From an uncultured Gammaproteobacteria bacterium (GTDB taxonomy: Bacteria > Patescibacteriota > Microgenomatia > UBA8517), in the NCBI GenBank assembly GCA_964435575.1, contig CAYSZS010000001.1, forward strand, positions 43,206-107,205: a stretch of DNA of 64,000 nucleotides. The letters are read 5' to 3'. How positions within the stretch are numbered: position 1 is the stretch's first letter; each line of letters opens with the position of its first letter. Below, piece after piece: positions 1 to 9,473 of this stretch. The position numbers and the translations under genes were made by a program. The notes beneath the pieces are model-generated. The model was not told the origin of the DNA. It did no database searches and saw only the letters and a list, made by a program, of their open reading frames with translations.

Positions 1-695
1 TTAAAGTTAAGGATGATAAAGGGAATGAGCTTACATTAAGTGGGATTTTAGCTGGAGGTGGTTTTAAATCGTTTGACTGGAGTAATAGATTGAATAACGC
101 TGGCGATGTTGTGTGGTTGGTTAAAGTTTCAGATGATTCCGTAATCGAGGAATTAAAGTATGGAGAGAAGGGAGGAGTTTGTGTACCAAGTAACGAAAGT
201 GGTTCTATAGGAAAATTGACAGATGGGGCAAGTGGTTCAGAAAGGTTGGAAAGGTTTTCAAAAGACTCAAAAGGATCATCTAATAATAACGGTGTGATAG
301 ATCCATGTCCAACGCCTACGCCTGAGCCAACCGATTCTCCCACTCCAACCACAAAGCCTACAAATACGCCAATACCTAAGCCTACGAGTACGAGTGTGCC
401 TACGTCTAAACCTAAAGCCACAACTACTTTTACTGTTGTTCCCACGATAAAGCAGGAAGATGGTCAGGAAACGGGTGAAGGGCAGACACTTAAATTGGGG
501 GGTGACACTACCAACGAAGTTCTTGGCATAAAAGATGTCGGCGAAAAAGAGTCAGAAACTGCCAATGAAGAAGCGGATAAAAAATTTCCATTTTTAGCCT
601 TAATTCCTATCATATTAGGCGTCACATTAATGGGTAGTTCTTTTTACTATTTTCTAAGAAAGAGAAAAAAAGATTATAATTCTGATGGTGAATAG
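1..695 (+). CDS. Partial (5'-truncated) secreted or surface protein. It has a Pro/Thr-rich linker and a C-terminal hydrophobic anchor followed by a basic tail (RKRKKD).
   Basis: The reading frame is open from the window edge (frame 3) through the ORF called at 90. A PTPTPEPTDSPTPTTKPTNTPIPKPT linker precedes the C-terminal TM segment FLALIPIILGVTLMGSSFYYFL plus RKRKKD. Confidence 0.6.
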   Translation, partial: KVKDDKGNELTLSGILAGGGFKSFDWSNRLNNAGDVVWLVKVSDDSVIEELKYGEKGGVCVPSNESGSIGKLTDGASGSERLERFSKDSKGSSNNNGVIDPCPTPTPEPTDSPTPTTKPTNTPIPKPTSTSVPTSKPKATTTFTVVPTIKQEDGQETGEGQTLKLGGDTTNEVLGIKDVGEKESETANEEADKKFPFLALIPIILGVTLMGSSFYYFLRKRKKDYNSDGE

Positions 696-1122
696 TAATT
701 TGAAAAATAAAATTTTTCGGTTTATTAAATATTGGCTACCTGTATTTATATGGCTCATCATCATTTTTGCTTTTTCAAATAATCCGACGGTAAGGGCTTC
801 CGAAATTCATTGGCGGGATTTTAGTGTCAAGAAGTCGGCTCATGTTATTATCTACGCCATTCTTTCCACTCTGATCTATCGAGCTCTAAAGTCGAATAAT
901 GTTGAGATGAAAAAAACAGGTTATATTTCAGTATTTCTGGCGTCATTTTATGGTATTACAGACGAATTTCACCAATCCTTTACTCCAGGACGTGATCCGA
1001 CTTTTAGAGACATAATTTTTGATACGATTGGTGCCACTTTAGCAATTTATTTTATTTGGAAATTATTGCCTAAGATGCCGGAAAAAGTTAGGCTTTGGGC
1101 AAAAAAACTTGAAATTACATAA
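685..1122 (+). CDS. VanZ-like family membrane protein
   Basis: Small polytopic protein carrying the VanZ-type motif GITDEFHQSFTPGRDPTFRDIIFDTIGA. Confidence 0.7.
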   Translation: MVNSNLKNKIFRFIKYWLPVFIWLIIIFAFSNNPTVRASEIHWRDFSVKKSAHVIIYAILSTLIYRALKSNNVEMKKTGYISVFLASFYGITDEFHQSFTPGRDPTFRDIIFDTIGATLAIYFIWKLLPKMPEKVRLWAKKLEIT

Positions 1123-2128
1123 TATGAAAAAGATATTAGTAACAGGGGGTGGGGGTTACATTGGATCTGTTGCAACCCACCTGCTTCTTCAAGAGGGATA
1201 CGAAGTTGTGGTTATCGACAACTTTTCTACGGGATATAGGCAGCCACTGAAAATGCTTAAGTCCAAGTATAAGTCTAAGTTGAGTTACTACGAAGCTGAT
1301 TTAAGAGACGATTTAACTCGCGTTTTTTATAAGGAAAAGGGGATTGGAGCAGTACTTCATTACGCCGCGTCATGCAGTGTGAACGAATCTATGGAGAACC
1401 CCGAAAAATATTTCCTTAACAATGTTTGCGGATCACAAAATTTGCTTTCGACGATGCTTAAATACAGGGTAAAAAAAATAGTTTTTTCTTCAACATGCGC
1501 TGTTTATGGAGAGGCTAGATATGTGCCAATAGACGAGAACCATCCAACCAGTCCATCAAATCCGTATGGTGAAAGCAAATTGATGATTGAGAAAATGCTT
1601 CGGTGGTATGGGAAGCTCAAGGGTTTAAATTATGTAATCTTAAGATATTTTAATGTTTGTGGAGCAAGCGATGATGCTGAAGTTGGAGATTCTAAAAGTC
1701 CCTCCGTCCTTTTGGTACAAAACGCCGTAAAGGGGGCATTAGGAATAGAGTCGTTTTTTCTGACTTGTCCAAAAGTTGATACGCCTGATGGGACGCCAAT
1801 TAGAGACTATATAAATGTAGTTGATTTAAATGAGGCGCACATTTTAGCTTTGGAGCATCTCTTTAGAGGGGGAAAAAACGAAACTATCAACTTGGGGACG
1901 GGTAAAGGAAATTCTGTTTTGGAAATAGTCAATGTAGTTCAGAAAATAACGGGCGTGAGATTTGATTTACAAAAAGGCGTGGTGAGAAAAGGAGAGTATG
2001 CAAAAATGATCGCGGATATAAAAAAAGCAAAAAGGATTTTGGGTTGGAAACCGAAAAGAAGTCTGGAAGATTCTGTAAAATCTTTAATAAAATGGTATAA
2101 GAAATATCCTTATGGATGGAATAAATAG
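1109..2128 (+). CDS. galE: UDP-glucose 4-epimerase
   Basis: N-terminal Rossmann motif VTGGGGYIGS and the SDR YxxxK catalytic pair (YGESK). Length 339 aa. Classic GalE/NAD-dependent epimerase organisation. Confidence 0.85.
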   Translation: MKLHNMKKILVTGGGGYIGSVATHLLLQEGYEVVVIDNFSTGYRQPLKMLKSKYKSKLSYYEADLRDDLTRVFYKEKGIGAVLHYAASCSVNESMENPEKYFLNNVCGSQNLLSTMLKYRVKKIVFSSTCAVYGEARYVPIDENHPTSPSNPYGESKLMIEKMLRWYGKLKGLNYVILRYFNVCGASDDAEVGDSKSPSVLLVQNAVKGALGIESFFLTCPKVDTPDGTPIRDYINVVDLNEAHILALEHLFRGGKNETINLGTGKGNSVLEIVNVVQKITGVRFDLQKGVVRKGEYAKMIADIKKAKRILGWKPKRSLEDSVKSLIKWYKKYPYGWNK

Positions 2129-2192
2129 CTACACGGTTATATGGATATAAGGCTCTTTTGACAAATCGTCAAGAATTGTATATTTTTAGGCA

Positions 2193-3590
2193 ATGAAGAA
2201 AGTAATACTTTTGGTTTTATTAATCTTTTTTGCTTTAACCATTTTCAAAACAACTTCATTTAAAGAAACTATCTATGCTTCAAAGAGCGTTGATATAGAA
2301 TCTGAAAGGCTTATTGTTAAGTTCAGACGCTTTACCCCGAATATTTTTAGAGAGAAAGCTCTTGAAAGTGCGAAAGCGAACTATTCCGAAGACCTAAGGC
2401 TAAGTGACACGAAAGTGATCCAAGTTCCAAAGGGAGAGTTTTCAAACGCAGCAAAAACCCTTAAAAAGAATATTTTTGTTGAGTATGTTGAGCAAGACTT
2501 TATTGCTGAGACTCAAGAAATGCCCAATGACCCTTATTTCCCGAACCAATGGGGTTTGGAGAAGATAAATGCAAAGGGCGGTTGGGATAAAAGCCATGGA
2601 TTAAATTCAATTGATGTCGCAATTGTTGACACCGGTGTTAACAATTCACATCCTGACTTAGCCGGCAAAATTTCAGCTTCAGTAAATTGCATTTATTCTT
2701 CCTGTCCTGGTTTTACTACAAACGATCCCGACGGACACGGAACGCACGTTGCTGGAATTGCAGCCGGAATAACCAATAATAGTCAGGGAATAGCAGGACT
2801 TTTGTGGGAGGGGAGAATTATGTCTGTAAAAGCTCTGGATGATACAGGAAATGGTTACTACTCCTGGATTGCCAATGGAATAGTTTGGGCGGCCGATAAT
2901 GGAGCAGAAGTCATTAATCTTTCACTCGGAGGAAATTCCAATTCATCAACACTGGCAAATGCGGTTACCTATGCCTGGAATAAAGGGTCTGTCTTGGTTG
3001 CCGCAGCGGGAAACAGTTCTAGCACTTCGCCGAAATACCCTGCTTATTTCTCTAATGTGATTGCAGTTTCCGCAACTGATCAAAACGACGCAAAAGCGTA
3101 CTTTTCGAACTATGGCTCTTGGGTTGAACTAGCGGCACCGGGAGTTTCTATTCTTTCGACATACGAAAATGGTTATGAATATCTTTCGGGGACATCTATG
3201 GCGACGCCTTTTGTTTCAGGACTTGCTGCGCTTATCTTTGCCCAAAATCCTCTCTGGGATAACAAAGACGTAAGAACTCAAATTGAGTCAACAGCAGATA
3301 AAATCGATGGCACGGAGAGCTTTTGGCAATTTGGAAGAATTAATGTCTGCAAGGCACTTGGTTGCATTATTTCAGGATTGACTCCTACACCGACGCCGGG
3401 GGTTTTGCCAACTGCTACATTGACGCCTACATCTAACCCTACACCGATACCAAGTCTGACTCCTACGCTTACTTCAACGCCTACATTAACGCCAACGCCC
3501 TCCCCAACTCCGTCAGTTACTCCTACTCCTACACCGCAAAACCTTCCCTGGTGGTGTAAATATGTCCCCTGGCACTACACTTGTCAATAA
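2193..3590 (+). CDS. Secreted subtilisin-like serine protease (peptidase S8) with a C-terminal Pro/Thr linker and a Trp/Cys-rich tail
   Basis: Signal peptide present. The catalytic triad motifs are VAIVDTGV (Asp), [11 protein letters not shown] (His) and [15 protein letters not shown] (Ser). The C-terminus carries (PT)n repeats and then [13 protein letters not shown]. Confidence 0.9.
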   Translation: MKKVILLVLLIFFALTIFKTTSFKETIYASKSVDIESERLIVKFRRFTPNIFREKALESAKANYSEDLRLSDTKVIQVPKGEFSNAAKTLKKNIFVEYVEQDFIAETQEMPNDPYFPNQWGLEKINAKGGWDKSHGLNSIDVAIVDTGVNNSHPDLAGKISASVNCIYSSCPGFTTNDPDGHGTHVAGIAAGITNNSQGIAGLLWEGRIMSVKALDDTGNGYYSWIANGIVWAADNGAEVINLSLGGNSNSSTLANAVTYAWNKGSVLVAAAGNSSSTSPKYPAYFSNVIAVSATDQNDAKAYFSNYGSWVELAAPGVSILSTYENGYEYLSGTSMATPFVSGLAALIFAQNPLWDNKDVRTQIESTADKIDGTESFWQFGRINVCKALGCIISGLTPTPTPGVLPTATLTPTSNPTPIPSLTPTLTSTPTLTPTPSPTPSVTPTPTPQNLPWWCKYVPWHYTCQ

Positions 3591-3619
3591 TTTTCCCTGT
3601 CTTGCAAATGTAGTGTAGA

Positions 3620-4108
3620 ATGTTTTTTACGATGCACATTTTTGCAGTAATTTTGGCGGTTTGTATTTTGACCGTTGGTTTGATAGTAGCTAGAATTCAA
3701 AACCCATCGTTGAGTAATATTTATCGACAAAAAGAAGTTTTATCCGAGAAAGTATTACCAACACAAACTCCGACATATATACCTACCCCATTTCCAACCT
3801 CAGTTCCCAAAGACACACAAATAGATAGTTATAAATATCCAAACTCTTCTGTCATTTCCTCTTCTGGTAATAGTTTGTCTTTACAAAGTGATGATATGAC
3901 AGATGTAATAACCGGTTGGTATAAAGAAAAAATTGAAAATGAAGGAATGAGTGTTACGACTTTTGTAAAAACCCGCGCAAACGACAAAGTTTTGAATAAG
4001 TTGGTTGGAGTAAAAGAGGACGAGCAAATAAATGTCGAGATAAGTCAGGAGGGAGCTGGACAAACAGTTGACATATCAGTTAGTTTTTTGAATGAAAGTG
4101 ACAACTGA
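3620..4108 (+). CDS. N-terminally membrane-anchored hypothetical protein with a Pro/Thr-rich linker
   Basis: An N-terminal TM helix is followed by PTQTPTYIPTPFPTSVP. I recognise no conserved domain. Confidence 0.45.
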   Translation: MFFTMHIFAVILAVCILTVGLIVARIQNPSLSNIYRQKEVLSEKVLPTQTPTYIPTPFPTSVPKDTQIDSYKYPNSSVISSSGNSLSLQSDDMTDVITGWYKEKIENEGMSVTTFVKTRANDKVLNKLVGVKEDEQINVEISQEGAGQTVDISVSFLNESDN

Positions 4109-4116
4109 ATTCCCGC

Positions 4117-4145
4117 TTGACAAGATCTGTGGGCTTGGGTAACAT
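4117..4145 (+). promoter_or_regulatory. Sigma70-like promoter (TTGACA-17-TAACAT)
   Basis: Read directly from the sequence. It lies upstream of the 4202 gene. Confidence 0.45.
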
Positions 4146-4201
4146 ACGTGCAAAGTTCCTTTCTGCCTTCTAGACCACTTTCATTGAATAAACAATTTAA
4201 T

Positions 4202-4969
4202 ATGGCAACCAGAGAAATTACTTTTCAAATACCAACTATTGATAGACTAGAAATCATTAATAGGTTGGCAGATTTTACAAATAAAATTACTTCATTAAAA
4301 AATAGAGTAGGGCATTATCTTAGTGATTTTTTAACAAAACTGAAAGAAAGAAGAAAAGGTAGAGACGAATTTCAGAGTACTTCTTTAGGCAATAAAAGAT
4401 TTGATTTTTCTTCTTCCAAATTAAGAAAACCCTTAAAAAATATACTATTACTAATAATTGCTTTGGCTATAATCTTCGGTATAGGGAAGGTGGTAAGTAG
4501 CATTTCACTACAAAACTCGTCCTCGGGTAAGTTAGAAGTAGAAAAAGCAAAAAAAAGCCAAGTATTAAATAGAGAATTTTCTTTCCCGCTTAAAGACTCA
4601 CAAGGCGAGCAAATCGGAGAAGTGAAATATATGGTGGAAAAAGCGGAGTTAATGGACGAGATTATCGTAGAAGGTAAACGCGCAAAAGCAGTCAAAGGTA
4701 GAATATTTCTTATTTTTACTATTAAAATTTCGAACGGATACACTCAAGCCATAGAGATGAACACGAAAGACTATGCACGCTTATCTGTTAACGGTAATTT
4801 TGATGAATGGCTTGCTCCGGACATTCACAACGACCCAGTTGAAGTACAGGCGATTTCTACAAAGTACACCAGGCTTGGCTTCCCCATTAATGAAAACGAC
4901 AAAAACTTAGTACTTCGAATAGGCGAAATAGAAGGCGAGAAACAAGAAATTCCTCTTGAACTAAAGTAA
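4202..4969 (+). CDS. Hypothetical single-pass membrane protein
   Basis: The ORF track starts at a GTG at 4148. However, a good sigma70-like promoter (TTGACA-17-TAACAT at 4117-4145) ends 3 nt before that GTG. The ATG at 4202 (MATREITF...) is therefore the more plausible start. An internal TM segment is LLLIIALAIIFGI. Confidence 0.5.
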   Translation: MATREITFQIPTIDRLEIINRLADFTNKITSLKNRVGHYLSDFLTKLKERRKGRDEFQSTSLGNKRFDFSSSKLRKPLKNILLLIIALAIIFGIGKVVSSISLQNSSSGKLEVEKAKKSQVLNREFSFPLKDSQGEQIGEVKYMVEKAELMDEIIVEGKRAKAVKGRIFLIFTIKISNGYTQAIEMNTKDYARLSVNGNFDEWLAPDIHNDPVEVQAISTKYTRLGFPINENDKNLVLRIGEIEGEKQEIPLELK

Positions 4970-4975
4970 AGATTC

Positions 4976-5155
4976 ATGGCGCTTGATTTATCAAATCAAA
5001 AAATATCCGAAGCTTTGATACTAGAGATTAAGGACGCTTTGAAAAGCGTTAAATCTCATGGAAGCGTGGAAATCTATATCCAAGGAGGGCTGGTAACTCA
5101 GATTACTGTGCGTAACATCAAAAAAACTAACAGTAAATTCGGCCAAAAATCCTAA
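4976..5155 (+). CDS. Small DUF2292 (YezD)-like protein, 59 aa
   Basis: Not in the supplied ORF track because it is under 60 aa. The translation is MALDLSNQKISEALILEIKDALKSVKSHGSVEIYIQGGLVTQITVRNIKK..., which matches the YezD/DUF2292 signature (YGSVEIxIQxGKVVQI). Confidence 0.5.
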   Translation: MALDLSNQKISEALILEIKDALKSVKSHGSVEIYIQGGLVTQITVRNIKKTNSKFGQKS

Positions 5156-5261
5156 TCCTCATAACTCAAGCAAAAAGGACATAATCCCATCGACGCTTAC
5201 TATACATAACAGAAAATCTATAGAACAGTGGGAACGATTATATCTTTGCAATATTGGCCTA

Positions 5262-5290
5262 TTGACAAAACAAAATGAGCTTGTTATATA
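5262..5290 (+). promoter_or_regulatory. Sigma70-like promoter with an extended -10 (TTGACA-17-TGtTATATA). It drives a roughly 260-nt structured leader ahead of repeat-protein gene A.
   Basis: Read directly from the sequence. The -35 is at 5262-5267 and the -10 at 5285-5290. Confidence 0.5.
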
Positions 5291-5555
5291 TAAATATCCA
5301 GTCCATAGATATTAACCTATATCTATAATAAAACTGAGTAAAATGTATCTCTGCCCAAATGACATGTAATTTTTTGAGAGCTGGCCGCAAACGGAGGCTT
5401 TCCGGTTTGACTTCGTCCAACGGACGATTTTAGTCGAATCGGGGAGTCTCCGTTTTCGTTTGAAAGCGGGGTGTTTAGGGTGAAGTGCCTAGCCCCGTTA
5501 GATGCGTAAGCTATCTAACTGGGGTGACCAAAAAGAAAGGGGGTGAAAATAAATA

Positions 5556-6863
5556 ATGACTAAACTACAGAAGAAAATTGCAACAGCTATTGCAACAGGT
5601 GCACTATTGTTTCAGACTGTTATTCCAGTTTTGGCACAAAGCACAACTTTAGTTATTTCTGGAAACGGTGCAGAGACTGATAACGACATCAATCTTAGTC
5701 AGACAACTACAACAACCGTTGTTCAGAATAACGTGGCAAATATAAGTAACAATGTAGACGCCGACGCTGAAACCGGTGAAAATGATCAAAATTACAATAC
5801 AGGTGGACCTGTATCTCTTACTACGGGCGACGCAACAACAGGAGTTGCTATATCAAATACTGCAAACTCAAACGTTGCCGAGGTAAGTGGTTGTTGCGAT
5901 GTTGATGTTGATGTAGAGATTAGCGATAACGGTTACAAAAGTGATAACACCGCTAATTTGAAACTGGATAATTCGACTGCTTTATTCCAGAACAATTATG
6001 CCTACATCAAGAATGAGGTCGACGCCGAATCTGAAACCGGTGAAAATGATCAAAATTACAACACAGGTGGACCTGTTAGCATGGAAACCGGAGATGCGGA
6101 TACCACTGTTCTTATAGCAAATAAAGCCAATTCCAATTGGGCTAAAATCGGCGACGGAAGTGGTGGTGCATCAGTTAGCTTAAAGATTATTGGTAATGGT
6201 GCAGAAACCGATAACGACATTAATTTGTTGTTCGATCGTTCTTTGTTACTAACCCAGGATAATTACGCTAACATCAAAAATAAAGTAGATGCCGATGCTG
6301 AAACCGGTGAAAATGATCAAAATTACAACACAGGTGGACCTGTTAGCCTGGAAACAGGCGACGCAACTACCGTAGTTGGAATTGATAATTTGGCTAACTT
6401 CAACTTCGCAGATCTTAATTGCGGTTGTCTTTTGGATGTCGTTGCAAAAATAGCCGGTAACGGCTATAACGCAGATAGCGACATAAGCGCAGCTCTTTTA
6501 GATACTAAAGCTGCTTTCCAAACCAACAGCTACGTTTGCGGATATGGTTACCAATTCCCATGGGGTGGAGGAGGTGATTTATCCTTCCCATGGTACGGTT
6601 ATCAGAAGAAAGCCTGTAATGATGTCGACGCAGAAGCTGAAACCGGTGAAAATGATCAAAATAAAAATACCGGTCACAGTGCTGATCCGTCTATGGAAAC
6701 CGGTGACGCTACGACATGGGTCGATATTGAAAACACGGCCAACTCTAACGTTTTGATTGAAGGCGGTTTGGGTTTACCAGAACTTCCAGATTTCGATTTC
6801 GAATTTGATCTTGGATTCAACTGGCTCCTTTGGTGGGGTCTGTTGTCTGGAAATTCAAGCTAA
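5556..6863 (+). CDS. Secreted N/T/G-rich repeat protein, paralog A
   Basis: Signal peptide present. There are four copies of a roughly 90-aa module (GNGAETDNDINL ... NxxNxDA(E/D)TGENDQNYNTGGPVS(L/M)(T/E)TGDA(T/D)T ... N(S/F)N). The CC/CxC motifs are GCCDVDVDV and NCGCLLDV. A strong RBS (AAAGGGGGTGA) lies upstream. Confidence 0.85.
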   Translation: MTKLQKKIATAIATGALLFQTVIPVLAQSTTLVISGNGAETDNDINLSQTTTTTVVQNNVANISNNVDADAETGENDQNYNTGGPVSLTTGDATTGVAISNTANSNVAEVSGCCDVDVDVEISDNGYKSDNTANLKLDNSTALFQNNYAYIKNEVDAESETGENDQNYNTGGPVSMETGDADTTVLIANKANSNWAKIGDGSGGASVSLKIIGNGAETDNDINLLFDRSLLLTQDNYANIKNKVDADAETGENDQNYNTGGPVSLETGDATTVVGIDNLANFNFADLNCGCLLDVVAKIAGNGYNADSDISAALLDTKAAFQTNSYVCGYGYQFPWGGGGDLSFPWYGYQKKACNDVDAEAETGENDQNKNTGHSADPSMETGDATTWVDIENTANSNVLIEGGLGLPELPDFDFEFDLGFNWLLWWGLLSGNSS

Positions 6864-6925
6864 GTAGACTTTGGGAACTCGGGGTTGGTCTTCCCGCACT
6901 TCGGAGGACCACCCTGAAGCCCAGA

Positions 6926-6949
6926 GACAGGTACCGTACGGTACCTGTC
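6926..6949 (+). terminator. Perfect 24-nt GC-rich palindrome (GACAGGTACCGTACGGTACCTGTC). Hairpin and likely terminator after repeat-protein gene A.
   Basis: Read directly. It lies 63 nt after the stop at 6863, inside a GC-rich patch (6864-6960) of an AT-rich genome. It is not followed by a clean U-tract. Confidence 0.4.
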
Positions 6950-7151
6950 CAGAGTTACGGATTAAACGGATTTTATACGGGTTTCACAGATTACAAAATT
7001 AACTAATTAACAGATCACAATATATAAAAAATCTGCCCAAATGAAAATTATTTTTGAAAATATAGAAATTAGGCTGATAAACCAAACTAAAGGGAATGAA
7101 TTCGGACAAGATTTGAGATTTTTACGAAAAATAAAAGATAGGCTAGCAAAT

Positions 7152-9452
7152 ATGGTAAGAAGAAAAGTTAAAGTAAAGAAATTACTGGCTACATTTATGA
7201 TGGCTTTAGTATTGTTGGTGCAAAATCCGTTAGCTTTGGTAGCACAGGAAGCACCAACCCCTCCCCCATCACCAACCGCACCCGCTGAGCCGACGCCTCT
7301 ACCAGATGCTACGGAACTAACTCCGCCGGAAACACAAACTCCTCCAACTGAACCGACCCCGCCGCCTCAACCCACTGCACCGACTGCTCCAACCGCACCT
7401 ACTTCGCCGACTGCTCCTTCCTATGAGACGTATGTGACACCTACCCCCATTCCTTTACCGACGACATATTCAAGCTCATCGTCGAACCAGAGTGCGGGTT
7501 CTACGGCATCAACAAGTGGAGATTCAGGGAGCAGTACTACGCTATCCTCTCCGACCTCCGGAGCAGGGAGTCAGAATCAAAACGGACAAGCCGGGTCAAC
7601 TACGATAGCAACCGGGGACGCAACGAATGTCGGAAACATTTCAACTACAGCAAACAACAATCTTACGTCATCCCCGCAGGTTTCGGGGTCGGGAAGCGGA
7701 GCTCAGGTGGTCAATTCGGGTAATGGGACAAGCTCGACCAATTCAGGGTCAGTTGGAGTAACAAGCGATACAAATACCATTCAGAATAATTCTGCCATCG
7801 TAGGAAATGATTTGAATCAGGAAACGACAACTGGCGATAATTCAGCCTCTATGAATACTGGAGGAGATAACGTAATAACAACGGGGGATGCAAATACAAC
7901 TGGAACTATAGTTACCGGTGTGAATACGAATCTTGATGCCGTGACCGTTTATGAATTCAATATTTCTGACGATCATCTGGGTGACTATGTTTTGGACCTT
8001 GCTAATGCAACCTGTATATCTGGTTGCACTCCCGCTGACGTAACTGTAAAAAATGACGGGAATGGTGAAGGTTCAACTAATACCGGAGATGTCGATATTG
8101 ACCTAACTGATAATACTTTCCAGACAAACGATGCCTTGATAGAAAACAATATGAATTTAATATCAGATACTGGTGACAACAAGACGAGTATGAATACTGG
8201 TGGTGATAACACGATAACAACTGGTGATGCAAATGTGTCGGGAAGTGTAGTTAATATGGTTAATACCAATATAGTTGGTAATGTCGTCTATGCGGTTGTT
8301 AACATTTTTGGCGATTTGGTAGGAGACATAATTTTACCTGACGGATCCATACTTGCCTGCTGCGTCGGTTCGGTAACTGCCACAAATGTGGCTAATGGAT
8401 CGGATTCGACTAACACAGTTAATATAGATCAAAGTAGTAGCACAACTTCCTCACAGTTTAATAATGTGGATATTCAAAATAATTTGGTTCTAGATGCCAC
8501 AACAGGAGAAAACGACGTTAACAAAAATACAAACGGTGCATCATCTGTTACAACCGGGGATGCAAACTTGGTTGCACAAGTTCTGAATGTTGCCAATACC
8601 AATCTTGTCGGAGGCAATTGGTGGCTTGTTCTGGTAAACGAAGCAGGACGCTGGATCGGAAGGATAATCGGCGCAGACGGACAAAATTATGGAGGGTCCG
8701 GAGGGTTTGAATTTATAGTTAGTGAGTCCGGAGAAATAACTGCAGTAAATTCAGGAAACGGAGCGGATTCAACAAACACAGCCAATGTCAGCCAAAGTAC
8801 AAATACCACTACCTCGCAGACAAACAATGCCACAATTGTAAACAATGTTAACTTGAGTTCAAATACTGGAGGCAATAATGCTAATATGAATACAGGTGGT
8901 AATAATTCAATAGCAACCGGCGATGCAAACGTCATTGCAAGTATTGTTAACTTTGTAAACAATAATATTACCGGTGGTGGTAAACTCTTCGTGACAGTCA
9001 TTAATGTATTCGGTAGCTGGTTGGGAGATTTTGTTGGGCCAGGACAGACAAAAGAAAATAACGATTCAGGAAATTCTGGAGGTGGCTTGGGGGGAGTAGG
9101 AGGTAATGCTTCACAAGGAGATAGTCAGGAAAGTGGTAGTGCTCAACAAAGTGGGAATTCTGAGGTAAGTAGTTCTTCAATAGCCACCAGTGTTTTAGGG
9201 TTGTTTATAAATAGTACGGGTAATGGTTCGGGAAGTATAAGTTTTGGAAATGACCAAGAGTCAGTCCAGGCAGTAATGGGTGTAAGTGATGATGGTCAGG
9301 GTGGTAATCCAACCGCCGGAAATAAAGTGGTACGCATAAATCTGGCTTGGCTTACACCTCTTATTCCTCTCGGAATATTAGTCTTATTGAGAAAAAGAAG
9401 AAAAGTGACCAAAGTTGGTGCTTCTGCCGGGACAATTAAAGCATATCAGTAG
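7152..9452 (+). CDS. Secreted N/T/G-rich repeat protein, paralog B. It has a Pro/Thr-rich N-terminal linker and a C-terminal TM anchor plus RKRRK tail.
   Basis: The ORF is open from 7041, but the signal peptide starts at the ATG at 7152 (MVRRKVKVKKLLATFMMALVLLV). The repeated module is (TGDNxxSMNTGGDNxITTGDANxxGxxVxxVNTNxxG). The CC motif is ACCVGS. The C-terminus is LTPLIPLGILVLLRKRRK. Confidence 0.85.
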   Translation: MVRRKVKVKKLLATFMMALVLLVQNPLALVAQEAPTPPPSPTAPAEPTPLPDATELTPPETQTPPTEPTPPPQPTAPTAPTAPTSPTAPSYETYVTPTPIPLPTTYSSSSSNQSAGSTASTSGDSGSSTTLSSPTSGAGSQNQNGQAGSTTIATGDATNVGNISTTANNNLTSSPQVSGSGSGAQVVNSGNGTSSTNSGSVGVTSDTNTIQNNSAIVGNDLNQETTTGDNSASMNTGGDNVITTGDANTTGTIVTGVNTNLDAVTVYEFNISDDHLGDYVLDLANATCISGCTPADVTVKNDGNGEGSTNTGDVDIDLTDNTFQTNDALIENNMNLISDTGDNKTSMNTGGDNTITTGDANVSGSVVNMVNTNIVGNVVYAVVNIFGDLVGDIILPDGSILACCVGSVTATNVANGSDSTNTVNIDQSSSTTSSQFNNVDIQNNLVLDATTGENDVNKNTNGASSVTTGDANLVAQVLNVANTNLVGGNWWLVLVNEAGRWIGRIIGADGQNYGGSGGFEFIVSESGEITAVNSGNGADSTNTANVSQSTNTTTSQTNNATIVNNVNLSSNTGGNNANMNTGGNNSIATGDANVIASIVNFVNNNITGGGKLFVTVINVFGSWLGDFVGPGQTKENNDSGNSGGGLGGVGGNASQGDSQESGSAQQSGNSEVSSSSIATSVLGLFINSTGNGSGSISFGNDQESVQAVMGVSDDGQGGNPTAGNKVVRINLAWLTPLIPLGILVLLRKRRKVTKVGASAGTIKAYQ

Positions 9453-9473
9453 ACCTTACTGCCCGTTGAGCAA

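Noticed and set aside
3881-4063. Antisense 60-aa ORF inside the 3620-4108 gene
   Set aside because: It is fully embedded antisense to a better-supported CDS, has low-complexity composition and no motifs. Probably spurious.
4372-4743. Antisense 123-aa ORF inside the 4202-4969 gene
   Set aside because: Embedded antisense ORF with no start context and no motifs.
6544-6756. 70-aa ORF in an alternative frame within repeat-protein gene A
   Set aside because: It is an alternative frame of a strongly supported repeat CDS, and its amino-acid composition is typical of off-frame translation.
7007-7028. Promoter for repeat-protein gene B
   Set aside because: TTAACA or TTACAA with TATATA gives spacer lengths of 10 or 24 nt, so the -35/-10 geometry is not credible. 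Gene B may be co-transcribed with gene A or use a non-canonical promoter.
7985-9001. Two antisense ORFs (94 and 104 aa) within repeat-protein gene B
   Set aside because: They are antisense to low-complexity repeat DNA, a typical source of artefactual ORFs.
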